DNA from: an uncultured Methanosarcinaceae archaeon | GTDB lineage: Archaea > Halobacteriota > Methanosarcinia > Methanosarcinales > Methanosarcinaceae | Reading direction: 5' to 3' | Length of the DNA: 64,000 nucleotides | Assembly: GCA_963727895.1 (NCBI GenBank) | Contig: CAVSHT010000012.1 | Location: forward strand, 1 to 64,000 | Shown: one piece after another, positions 47,473 through 58,897 of the stretch | Position numbering within the stretch: the first letter of the stretch is position 1 | How the letters are laid out: the number at the start of each line of letters is the position of its first letter | The notes under the pieces: generated by a model | What the model saw: only the letters and a program-made list of their open reading frames with translations | Told to the model about the DNA's origin: nothing | Database searches by the model: none | Position numbers and translations under genes: made by a program

Positions 47473-48561
47473 TCACTCCGCATGGATCGCGATAAAGTCA
47501 ACCCAACCAATTTTATTGTCACTGTTTGCAATACCATATGCTGAAAACCTTACTGTAAGATTTCTGAGTTCTTCAGTTGTATCTACCCAAGTTTTCAAAT
47601 CAATGAGAGCCAAACTATTATTGCAAGTAGTCGTGTCTTTATATAGAGGCATACCAGGCCCAGTAACAGTTATCCATTTGTCAGGGTTTTTATCGTTAAT
47701 TTCAAGCGTCAAGTCTTTCTGACTGCTGTCATGTGCTGTATATATTATTTTTAAAAGAACTTCTTTTAATGGATTTTGAAGATCCAGTCCATATTGATCT
47801 ATCCCAAAGGTAAAATTTTCACTAGACCATTTGCCCTGATACATCTGGCAATCAGTCTGAAGGTTATCACCAATTCCGTCAGTTAGTTCGGTGTGTAGCC
47901 ATTCATTTGTAGAGTTATCATATACACTTCCATAGGGATGAGGAGTAATCCAGTAAGGAAAATTACTTTCCCTGTTACCCTTTTGAAGCACTACTTTCTG
48001 GATCACCTGCTCGGATGGAGTGTCCACGAAAAACATATCTATGTCATCAGTAGTTTTGAGGTCGAGCATCTTCGTTGGGTCTTTTGGGTATGCTGGATCT
48101 CTCGTGCTATTAGTGTTAATTATGATACAATCCCCTAGCCTGAATACATTGTCACTGAAATAAGTCCCATCTGAATTTTTGGATTTGAAAGTGCCATCCG
48201 AGTTTTTGACTCTAAGAGTGCCATCCGCGTCTTTGACTTGAAAATTAGACCTGTCATATGGAGGAACAACCTGCAATCCATTGACGTAAAGTATTATTTT
48301 GATGGCGGACAGGTCAATAGTTTCTCCCCCACTGTGGACGATTTGTATCTCATTAGTATCTGCGTTAATATTTTCACGCAGATCGGTATTCGGAGTATGT
48401 TCCGGCTTCACAGCTCCAGGATCTGAAAATACTGCCAGGCCGATCATAGAAAAGGCTATTACAACTATACTTATCATGAGCAGTTGCCCATATACTTCTG
48501 AAACTGCCCGACAGTCCTGGCAAAGTAACCTGCGCTTCTGACCCTCCAGGATAAAAGCCAC
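47473..48561 (-). CDS. type IV pilin (minor/large)
   Basis: RA/VSEVYGQLLMISIVV class III signal; HSGGE motif. Confidence 0.75.
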   Translation of the reverse strand: MAFILEGQKRRLLCQDCRAVSEVYGQLLMISIVVIAFSMIGLAVFSDPGAVKPEHTPNTDLRENINADTNEIQIVHSGGETIDLSAIKIILYVNGLQVVPPYDRSNFQVKDADGTLRVKNSDGTFKSKNSDGTYFSDNVFRLGDCIIINTNSTRDPAYPKDPTKMLDLKTTDDIDMFFVDTPSEQVIQKVVLQKGNRESNFPYWITPHPYGSVYDNSTNEWLHTELTDGIGDNLQTDCQMYQGKWSSENFTFGIDQYGLDLQNPLKEVLLKIIYTAHDSSQKDLTLEINDKNPDKWITVTGPGMPLYKDTTTCNNSLALIDLKTWVDTTEELRNLTVRFSAYGIANSDNKIGWVDFIAIHAE

Positions 48562-48847
48562 CTTCTAAAAGATTTAATTACCAACTTAGTAATATGTTTT
48601 TAATTTAATATTGACTTGACTGTATGAGAAAATTTATTAAAGTAGAACTGCGAATATGTATCTTGCTGAAATAATTTTGTATGTGATCACAAACTGTCCT
48701 TCCCAACATTCAACAAAATTTTAAATACGTATAAAAGATAGGAGGGTATAATCTAAAAAATTAAACAATGTTATTTGTGTATTTTAAAGTTAAAAGTTTC
48801 TGGCAGGCTTTTCTGTCCGAATACATTTAACCAGGAGGGAGAAACAT

Positions 48848-49318
48848 ATGGATTTCAAGAAATTATTTAGAAAAGATGATAAAGCAGTTTCTCCGGTCAT
48901 CGGTGTCATCCTGATGGTTGCAATAACCGTCATCCTTGCCGCCGCAATCGGATCTTCTGTTTTCAGTCATGGAACTGCCCAATCTGCACCGCAGGCGAAC
49001 TTCGATATTAAAGCAGTGAGTCCTAGTGTTACTACGGGCACAGTTGCAGATGCAGTTATAAAAATTGAGCACCTTGGTGGGGACACAATTCATTTTAAAG
49101 ACAAAGCAAAACTTACGGCTACAGGGTCTGATGGAAAATCTGTTGAGATCGATGCTACAGGTCTTGGTGATTTCAGTGCTGGTGATGTCCAGACCCTATC
49201 GTTGACAGCCGTAACTGGTAGTACCAGTCCAATCGTTAACTCGGGGAATACTATAAACATCAAAATTATCGATAAAGAAACCAATCAGCTAATTTGTGAC
49301 AAGAATGTAAGGTTCTAA
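48848..49318 (+). CDS. archaeal type IV major pilin (DUF1628-like)
   Basis: KA/VSPVIGVILMVAITVILAA conserved H-domain; strong RBS; hairpin at 49329-49349. Confidence 0.9.
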   Translation: MDFKKLFRKDDKAVSPVIGVILMVAITVILAAAIGSSVFSHGTAQSAPQANFDIKAVSPSVTTGTVADAVIKIEHLGGDTIHFKDKAKLTATGSDGKSVEIDATGLGDFSAGDVQTLSLTAVTGSTSPIVNSGNTINIKIIDKETNQLICDKNVRF

Positions 49319-49830
49319 AAACAGGTTTAAGCACCTCAAACAGGTGCTTTATCTTCTTTTATTCAGCTAGTTTTTTCGAAATTTTCTTGTTATATTTCAG
49401 CGTGGACTTTTACAGAATTGCTTTTACTCTTAATTTTACCACACATAGGATCACTTTTCCAGATGATCTGTGTTCACTCACATTTTACCTTTTCATTGTA
49501 ACTATTCAGCTTATGTAATATCAGTCTATTGAGGTTTATTTCAACGTAAGTGATATTGTAAATTACCTGCGATAACTAAAAAAGTAATCACAGTAATTGA
49601 AGAAAATATACTTGGAGAATTTATCTATTTAATTTACTAAAAATGACAATTGATATTGTGTTGCCGGCTGAAAAGTTACAGCTTTCTAAATAACTTTTCC
49701 AATATTTTGCGTTTTTGATACAAACTTGAGTTCTAAGAAGAGATCTTGGGCTATTGCCTTATCTAGTTAGGTGAAAAAAGGGTAAAATTGAGGGTTTTCC
49801 TAGATAAACCCTCAAACTTCTCTATAAAAT

Positions 49831-51809
49831 TCAAACAAACATGGTGAAAACCACGTAAGCTAAAATTACCATGCTTACACTGTACTTCAGGCCCAGATAT
49901 GCAGACCCCTGTCCCATCTTTCCGGCAACAAGTCCTGAGGTAAAACCCTGCACAAGGGCTGAGTGGAACATAAGCATGGTGTACTCTGCGACATTAAAAT
50001 ATCCGCCGATTCCAGCCATTCCCTGCGAGGAAGTTGCAAACTTAGCTGTTTGCGGGAAGAAGTTTGTAGCCAGGATATAGACTATGAACAGGAAGACAAA
50101 AAAGGATACATAGATTGTGACAACGTAGACCACCATTGCTGATGAACGCTCTGCTCTCATGTCCTCGTCATTTCTGACCTGTTTGGCGGTAATAGAAAGT
50201 ACGCTTTTAAGGTCACTTGTAGACTCATTTGCTTTTACTAAAATATGGAGAATGCGGCTTGAAGAAGGTGTTCTTATGCTTCTCTCAAGGTTCATAAGGG
50301 CTCTTGATGTGGAAGTGCCCCAGGAAATGTCTTCCGTTACCTTTTTTAGTTCTTTACTGAGAATTCCCATTTTAGATTCGGCTATTATTTTTAACGAGTT
50401 TGCAAGCATAATTCCTGACTCATTCATGCTGGAAAGGCTTTTCAAAAAGTCAGGCATCTTCTCGTCAATTTTACGCATTCTCCAGCCTTTGATCTCATAA
50501 AATATTATAAAGGGAATCAGGGAAATGACAATAAAAATAACAACATAATCATCAACAGCAGTAACAAACTTTATAGCACTGTCAGTTACATGGGCAAAAT
50601 TTATACTTAGATGATGTAAGTTAGAATAGCATGCTGTGTTTAAGACTTCTTGGAAGTTGGGTAGATAATAAAGCCCAAGCGGAATTCCAATGAAAAACGT
50701 GTATCTCGGCTCTTCTCTGATAGTCCTGTAAGGATTAAGAATCATGTCTTTGAGATTATTAAGTCCTCTGTACAGCTTGTACATTTTTCTCCTTTTCTGC
50801 TCCCTCTCTTCAGTGAGCCCTGAGTCTATTTCCGGAATATCGGCAAGATTTATCATAAAACTACGAATGTCACCTTTTTTAGGATCAATGGAAAGTTCTC
50901 CCACGGTACCGAGAAGCACTAAATAAAGCAGAGTTGCAAGAGGAAGTATCACATAAACAAGCATGTAAAGGATCTGGGCTGAAGCTGGCTGGAAAAACTG
51001 CCTCACAACAATAGTTACATTACAAAAAGCGGGCCTGCAACCAGTGCAGTCACGTAAATCTCGGCAAGCACATCAAGTCTCTGTAACAGGTTTTTGTTCG
51101 CCAGCGCAGCCATGCCCTGATATTGTTCGGACTTGTTTTTAATGTACTCAGTTATGGCTCCACTGCTTGAAACAATGATTAGCTCATCAACAAAATCTTT
51201 AAAAACTTTGGAAGGGGTTCGGTCCTTCGCAATTTTAAGGGCACTTATGAAGTCTTTTCCCAGGTAATCCATATCTCTTACAACATAGGATACTTCTTCT
51301 GCAGTTGCTCCAAATATGTATGTATACCTGCTCAAAGAGCGGAAAACATCATAAATTGACATTCCTCCTTTCGTCAGAGCATACATGTAAGTTATTGCCG
51401 GAAGCATGGATTTATCAATAGAAGCTTGCCGGTTATTTGCCTGGAAATAAGGATATATATACAATAAGAAACACGATAAAAAACTTACAAGAAATAATAC
51501 AAAACCTGCTAAAACCGCTAGAGGATACACATATTTGCCTGCAATGTCAGCACGTACAGGATCCACAAAAAGGTTAAGTCTGGACACCGAGTTCCCAAAG
51601 ATTTTCAGTCCCAGCCATAACCCAAAAGCTCCTCCAGCAATCCCCACAATTACCGAATACATAAAAGCAGAAGCCAGATATTGATCCACTGACATGGAAA
51701 TATGGGAATATCTTATCTTGACCTTTAAATCTTCAAAATGTACTTTATTTCTATAAAAAAAATCCCCGTAAAATCTGTATGCCAGTTCATCCACAATAGT
51801 ATAAGTCAT
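49831..51809 (-). CDS. pilus assembly platform protein (PilC/TadC/FlaJ-like), frameshift near 51017
   Basis: Two T2SS-F-like halves; GPLFVM continues as VTIVV in a shifted frame. Confidence 0.8.
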
Positions 51810-51886
51810 ACTCCCCCTCTTAAGAAACCATATTCCTGTTTCATACCGCTACTATTGAAAAGTCTTGTGACCACGCCTACAATGAT

Positions 51887-51987
51887 GTTTCGCTCAAGCC
51901 TTTTTGAAAAGGCTTGCAGAAACCGTTGCGCCGGTTTATCACGCCACTACTAAGGTTTTCGCTCAAGCCTTTTTTGAAAAGGCTTGC
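51887..51987. repeat. REP-like palindromic repeat, tandem copies B and C
   Basis: GTTT(T)CGCTCAAGCCTTTTT(T)GAAAAGGCTTGC twice, ~70-bp period. Confidence 0.8.
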
Positions 51988-51988
51988 T

Positions 51989-53696
51989 TTACGAAGCCAT
52001 ACCCTCTATCATATCCTGAAGGGTATCATTGTCCACAGCTTCCATAACCATCTTCGGATAAGTCTTGGTATGCCTGAACTACGATGGACACCTGAATATA
52101 GTTCCTTATACCATTTTGATACATATAATCCAAAATTTTTCTCCTATTATCCATCTCATTTCTTAATTGGCTGGAATCCCATACTCTTACATCCATAATC
52201 TCCTGTAAGATATGAGAATCCCCAACTTTCGTGAAGCAGTCCTCTAAAGGTTCCCAGTTGAAAAGCTCATTTATGCCAAGATCTCCTGTTTCAGGGTCGA
52301 CATTCAAGACTTCCACAAGACTTCGAGTTCTTCGAACTCTTTTTCCTTCTATGTACACCTGCTCTTGAATACAGAGCACATTCAGAGACTGCAACATAAC
52401 GTGAGGTACGTTTATTGGCTCGTGAGTGAGCCTGTTTACAACAGTCTGTACATCTCCTGCGTGCATTGTTGAGCTTGTTGCATGTCCTGTTGACATTGCC
52501 TGGAAAAGAGTAAGGGCTTCACTGCCTCTGACTTCACCCACAATGATGTAGTCTGGACGCTGTCTGAGAGCAGCTCTCAAAAGATCGTACATGGTAATTT
52601 CTCCAGAAGAATCAGCTGCAAAACCCTCTCTTGCAACCCCGGAAATCCAGTTATTGTGGTAAAGTAAAAGTTCCCTTGTATCTTCAATCGAGACTATTTT
52701 CGTTGTCGAAGGCATGAAAAGGGAAGTAGCATTCAGTATAGACGTTTTTCCTGAAGCTGTACCCCCTGCAAAAAGCATGTTATATCCATTTTCTATAGCC
52801 ATCCAGAAAAATACAAGCATGTCAAGATCGCATGTCTTATAGCCAAGCAAGTCTATAGGAGTCATTGGATCTTTCCTGAACTTACGGATAGTAAAAGAAC
52901 TGCCTCTGGGAGTAATCTCTCTCCCTAAAACCGCCTGAAGTCTTGAGCCGTCCTGGATTGTCGCATCAACTATTGGCTGGCTTACAGAAACGTGTTTATT
53001 ATTCAACTGGCACATCTTAATTACAAGTGCATCAAGTTCCTCTTCTTCAAAAGTAATAATTACTTTCAATATTGAGATATCTGTTATGATAAAAATATAG
53101 AGGTACTCCAACTCCATCGCAGGAAATATCTTCTATATAAGGATCATAAAGGAGAGGATTGATTTTCTCGTATCCCAGCAGGTTTCTTCTAAGGTAGTAC
53201 ATAATTTTTAGAAGCGCTGCTTTTGAAATTTCAGCCTTATAACGTTCGAGAAGAAAGAGAGCTCTATCAACCAGGAATTCATCTTTTTCTGACTTCGAAT
53301 GTGTAGACCTCAAAATAAGGATATCCTGAAAATCTTTATATATTCTTTTTAAGGGTTCTTTCTCAAATTTTGTGAGTGAAGGTTCAATAAGCCTGTAATA
53401 TGTTGTTCTGCTGTCTTCCATAACTGAGACAAAAGTATAAGGTTCCTGAAGCCAGTATCTTTCGATTTCTTTTAGTCCATCAGGCACTACAAATTGTACA
53501 AGAGGTCCTTCTTTTTCTGGATCATACTCTGGCAGAGTCCTTAATGGCCTATCAAAATAGTTTCTAGCTTTTTTATGGTCTCTGCAATAGAGTTATGATC
53601 GCTTTTTTTCCCCAATAACCCTGAAATAAAATTATTCTTCGCTAGCATTTCTTTTAAGTCATTCAAACTCTCGCCTTCAGGTTGTTCTTAGGTCAT
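51989..53696 (-). pseudogene. pilus assembly ATPase (PilB/FlaI-like), disrupted
   Basis: GGTASGKT, SIEDTREL, LRQRPD..VGEVRG; TAA at codon 3 after ATG 53696 and frameshifts near 53573, 53050, 52062. Confidence 0.75.
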
Positions 53697-53865
53697 ATAA
53701 GTCCAACGTTTTATAAAAATATTGCATGTTCCGGCTGCACTATGTTAAACTATAATGTATTCAAATTAAAATTCCCAAAACAGAATGATGTTTTTCTTAA
53801 CCTAAACTATTTTCACGAGGAATAATTCTTGTTTATTTTAAAAAAGTTCAATACATTGATTTACA

Positions 53866-54081
<216 letters not shown>

Positions 54082-54274
54082 CTCTAAGATATGATTCTCT
54101 AAAATTAAAAATTGACTCTGAAAATAGAAAATGGTTCCAAAGAACTCTAGCGGTGATCAAAAAATAACTGGTCACTGTGAGTTTAAAGGAATCACTAATG
54201 TTCAGAATTACTGTTCAATAATTTAGGGACACAATCCAATCATGTAAGCACTCAATAAGTAGAAGACTGCAGAT

Positions 54275-55084
54275 TCATTGTTTTTTAGCAGTTAAATAGA
54301 TTCTTTCAAACTTTAAGTTAACCATTCCTGAACTATCTGCCTGTTCTTTAAGAGCTTCTTTAACTAATTCACGAAATGTATTGATATAATCGTCTGTCAA
54401 AGTTACTGTGTAATAAAACTGGTTTAAGTAACCGTTTTCGGCTCCGGATTGATATATTTTATATGCCTGTTCAACAGAAAAGAAATTTGATTCTTCCCTT
54501 ATTTCGCTATAAATTATATCAAATCCATTATTTCTAAAAAGCTGTTCATATTCTTCCTTACTGTCACAGAAAAACCACGGATTTTTAAAGTATTTAAATA
54601 CCTCTCGTGTATGTGGGTGAATACGGATTTTTTCTATTGCTGAAATAAAGTTCGGACAATAAGATTGAGTAGCTGGAGCCTGTATCCCTATTCTGCCTCC
54701 TTGCTTAAGCACATTAAAACAACGCATTAATACCTGTTCTGGTTTTTGAAACCACTGAAAACAAGAATTACACACAATAACATCAAATTTCGTATTTAGC
54801 TCAAGATTTTCAGCATCCATGACAGAATATTTTAAGTTGGGAAGCTCTTTGTTGGAACTTACTGCTTGTTCTATCATACCTTGAGAAACATCAATTCCCA
54901 GTACATTTCCTTTTGTAGCTTGTGCAATTTTTTTTGTGATATGACCTGGCCCACAGCCTATATCAAGTACATCTTCTTCAGGTTGAATTGACAATAAATT
55001 CAAAAGAACCTCAGAAGCTGACTTTTGAACCAATGCATTATCTGCATATGTAAAAGCCTTGGAACTAAAATTAACTTTCGACAT
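54275..55084 (-). CDS. class I SAM-dependent methyltransferase (Tam/BioC-like)
   Basis: VLDIGCGPG, FDVIVCNSCFQW, LKQGG. Confidence 0.85.
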   Translation of the reverse strand: MSKVNFSSKAFTYADNALVQKSASEVLLNLLSIQPEEDVLDIGCGPGHITKKIAQATKGNVLGIDVSQGMIEQAVSSNKELPNLKYSVMDAENLELNTKFDVIVCNSCFQWFQKPEQVLMRCFNVLKQGGRIGIQAPATQSYCPNFISAIEKIRIHPHTREVFKYFKNPWFFCDSKEEYEQLFRNNGFDIIYSEIREESNFFSVEQAYKIYQSGAENGYLNQFYYTVTLTDDYINTFRELVKEALKEQADSSGMVNLKFERIYLTAKKQ

Positions 55085-55152
55085 AGTTTTAATCACTTCT
55101 TTCAAAAAGTGTTTATATTATTTAGGACTTGCGTGGTTGAACTGAAAAATAA

Positions 55153-55881
55153 GGTATGGTTAACTAAACATATTTAACTCTTTATTTCTGTATTTCATCA
55201 ATAGAATAACCGAGTACTTTAGCATTTCAAGACTTTTTTATAACACTTTGTCTTTCTTCTCAACCTTGCCAAAAAGTGCCTCAATATGCTGTTATATCCT
55301 TCAACAGTATACGTTTCTGCTTTGGATTGAGTATGGATCTTTTCTGGAAGAAACTCTGCATATGCTCTCCAGTGATCGGTCATCACTTCTCCAATCTCTT
55401 TTTTCTTCAATTTTTCCCAGAGTAGTTTTCCAGTTTCCGTTCCTCTGATGCCAAAAGAGCAGTTGATGAACTTTTTCCCAACTCTATCAACAGCAATCCA
55501 GATCCAGCAATATTTTTTTTGTTACCGATGTACGTGTGCATTTCATCCATTTCAACAATAGATATCTCATTTTCACTTTTTAGATTCTCTCACTCTTGAC
55601 CAAATTTCTTTATCCATTTTTGGACAGAAACATGACTTACCCCTAAAACTCTTCCTATTGAACGAAAACCCAATCCTTCAAGATAGAGTTGTAAAGCCTG
55701 TCTTTTTACAGAAGCGGAAAAAGCAGTTGATTTTAGCTCTACTGTATAGTTATATCCACAATCAGAGCATTTGTACCGTTGACGCCCGCCAACTATACCA
55801 TTCTTTTTGTGATTAGAACTATTGCATTCATGAAGAAATATATGTTATAAGCATATATATCTATTTTTGTGTACCAATGCC
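55153..55881 (-). mobile_element. IS1-family element with a 10-bp deletion at the InsA start
   Basis: Terminal IRs; 8-bp target duplication AAAAATAA (55145-55152, 55882-55889). Confidence 0.92.
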
Positions 55882-56677
55882 AAAAATAAATATGAGCTTA
55901 ACCTTCAACTCTCTACAGCGCATATTTTACATAAATGTCTGTCATACCTGATTTTGCACCCCAAGCGCATACAGTTTTATTATAATTCCCAAATCAAATA
56001 TACCGGTATCCAACTACAGGCCTTGTACTTTAATTTCTGTAAATTCTAAATATGGGACTATCCCAAAACTCAAAATCTGTTTATTTATATTTCGTATTTT
56101 AAATGACTAACAGAGCTCCTAATCACAGAATTAAATTTGTACAACATAATATTATTGGTGTTATTAAATATTGATTTTAGGTTTAAGAATGATAATATGC
56201 TATCTAATGCCTTTAAGTGAAAACATTACTAAAGAGAAACTATCCTACTAAAATAGTACACGAGCAGAATAATAAAAAGTTCGCATTTTGTGAAGAATAT
56301 TCAAAATATTGATAGAAAAATAGTGGTTTTTTGGTTAAAATCCGAATGTTGTAACTCATAAAGTTCGTGTCTATAATAATCTGAAAAAGTAGATTTCTAT
56401 GAAATTATATAGTTTCATAATGATATGTCTGAATTCTGTCAAGTATACGAGATTAATTATATGTTTGAATGCATTTGGAATTAATATCTTATTTCTCGTA
56501 GACTTTCTAGAGTGATAAATAGTAAAATTTAACTATTTATAAAAAAGTTTTCTGTGTGGAGACATGCATAAAAATCTATAACCGTCTTAGTTTTTTTACG
56601 TATCTCACCAAAACAGTTTATTAAGAATTGATAAATATACAATTTCAGATATTTAAAAAACAGGGACTATTTCAAAT

Positions 56678-56853
56678 CCAGCGTAGCTGTCATCTGAGGC
56701 AAAGTAAATGACACTAAATTCTAATTAGCTCTGTACCTCTTGTTGTTACCACAAAAACAGGATTTTCTGATATCATAGTCTGTGTACTTCATTTTCCATG
56801 AAGATTTTACAGATAAAATTAACCTACTTTGCGGATGGTAACAGCTACGCTGG
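56678..56853. repeat. 176-bp segment bounded by inverted repeats
   Basis: CCAGCGTAGCTGT ... ACAGCTACGCTGG, extendable with gaps to ~28 bp. Confidence 0.6.
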
Positions 56854-56925
56854 TACTACTCCTGTTCGGGACTTTTCAGGATAATTCTGCTTATTTGATG
56901 CACTCTAAAGAAAAGAAAATAGGGT

Positions 56926-57117
56926 TTATTCAGCTTTAAGGAAAAATATATTTTTACCTGTCATGCGGTAAACATGGGCTGCAGAGATGAAAATTCCATC
57001 CACGAAAGCGAGGAAAACGAACTCGTAGCAGTTAGTTTTAACTGCTGAATTCATAATTAAAATAATCCCGATAAACCCCATAATATAAAGAAGATACCCA
57101 AGTGTTTCACGTTTCAT
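56926..57117 (-). CDS. small two-TM membrane protein
   Basis: 63 aa, two hydrophobic helices, GAGG RBS, 9 nt downstream of the preceding gene. Confidence 0.65.
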   Translation of the reverse strand: MKRETLGYLLYIMGFIGIILIMNSAVKTNCYEFVFLAFVDGIFISAAHVYRMTGKNIFFLKAE

Positions 57118-57126
57118 AGAACCTCT

Positions 57127-57650
57127 TTAGTAATAAAAGGTTATTTTATGTCCTCCTACGTAGTATGTCCAAAAGTGTGAGAGGCAACCTTTCACTAAAT
57201 CTACATAATATGCCTTGAAATCAAGAGATCCGTTACTGTTTTTATACTTATAATAGTATTCTGTTGGTAAGAATCCTGTAGCAGCTACCACTAAAGTTGC
57301 AGCCAAGCCTAAATCTGGTCGCTTTTTAATTAAGTAGGCAAATATGGCCGTCAACACATAGCTTTGTTGTGATAATATATGATTGCAGTCATTAGAACTT
57401 AAATGTACTGTAATGGCTATTGAGCCAATTGTGTAATAAGATCCGCTTGAAGTTGCTGTGGCTCCCTGTGTTAATGAATTGATAATATACACTTTATTAG
57501 GGTTCTTTGAGTAAGAAACACAATAGTATGGGTTTTTGTCAATCTTTTCTAAGTCAGACTTTGCGTTTACAGCAGTCACACAAGATATGCTCACAATTAG
57601 AATCGCCATAAACAGCGAAGCAATTCTAATCCTTTTTATTTTTTTGCCAT
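57127..57650 (-). CDS. secreted hypothetical protein
   Basis: Signal peptide ending AVNA; ATG 57650 with GGAG RBS is one A short of frame in an A-run, otherwise start at 57609. Confidence 0.65.
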
Positions 57651-58789
57651 TTATATTGCTCCTATGTATTTTACCTAGGAGGCAGAATTAAGTAGGTTTA
57701 AATTTTTTTACAAACTAACATAATATGCCTCCGGGCAGAGATTATGGAGTTCAATTGGACCTGGAAGTACTTTTGAACTCCATAAACAACCTTAGTTTAA
57801 CAATAAATAAATTTAACTGATTATATTTTCAAAATAATAATTTTCGTCTATATCTAAAGTCTATAAAAATTCATATTTTATAATTTATCGACGCTAACCG
57901 AAATCATAATATACGGTGAAATGTGTCGCAAGACATTCATGTATATTATAAAAAAGAAAAATCTAATTCTATTTGAGGATTAGTTAATTTTTCTAGGATA
58001 AGATCTTAAAAGATAAGTATTATTTTAAGATTGTTTCATACATTTAATCATTTATATACTACGTAGGTAAAATCTAGTAACAGATGATCATTTTGAAGCT
58101 CTCTTTTTATTAGTCCAGGAGACAAATTATTAAGATAATGATTAATTTTGAGTTCATTAATTTCAAATAGTCTATCATCCGTTAATATATGTTATCCCAG
58201 ATTTCGTTGCAAAAATCTCAGAATAAGCATGTAAATCTATGGATAATAAACGAAAGTCAAACTATCCAAGGGGAAGGTATTCTACTATGTGTTTCTCTAT
58301 GTTTTTTTGCGTTTAAGTGAGGTTTATCGAAAGAAACAAGCATATTCATATAGACTATGTAACAATCAAGAAAACAAACACATAGGCGATTGTGGAAAAA
58401 TCAGCCTGAAATTGGCAATTTTCATTAAAACAATAATCAGATGATGAAACAGAAATAATATTTTTTGTATTATAATTTTTAGCAAAGTTATGTAAGTTCT
58501 GCATACTTAGAGGTATTTTGTAATTTTTCAGGAATCTGCAACTTTGAATATCCATAGATTTTACCATGAAACCTATGAAAAATAGAAAGCAAATTTACAG
58601 AAGAATCAGTACACTGCCCAACTTCAAGCAACAACATATTGAATATATCAATTTCAATCATCGATCACAGGAAAGATGAACTTGAACGTTTTCCTTGTTG
58701 AATGGCTTTTGAGACTGTCCGAGAGGTTTTCATGAAGAGTAGCCATCTTGAAAATCTTGTATTGATTTAAACCATATTACTATAATTAA

Positions 58790-58896
58790 GCCCTCTTGAG
58801 CGAAGCGAAAAGGGTATCGTGCTCCCGAAGCGAAACTCGGGTAGCGAAAAGGGCACCGTCCTCCCGAGACGGGATTCGGGTAACGGAACGCGGGAA
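58790..58896. repeat. GC-rich tandem hairpin repeat
   Basis: AGCGAAAAGGGTATCGTGCTCCCGAAGCGAAACTCGGGT then AGCGAAAAGGGCACCGTCCTCCCGAGACGGGATTCGGGT. Confidence 0.65.
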
Positions 58897-58897
58897 T

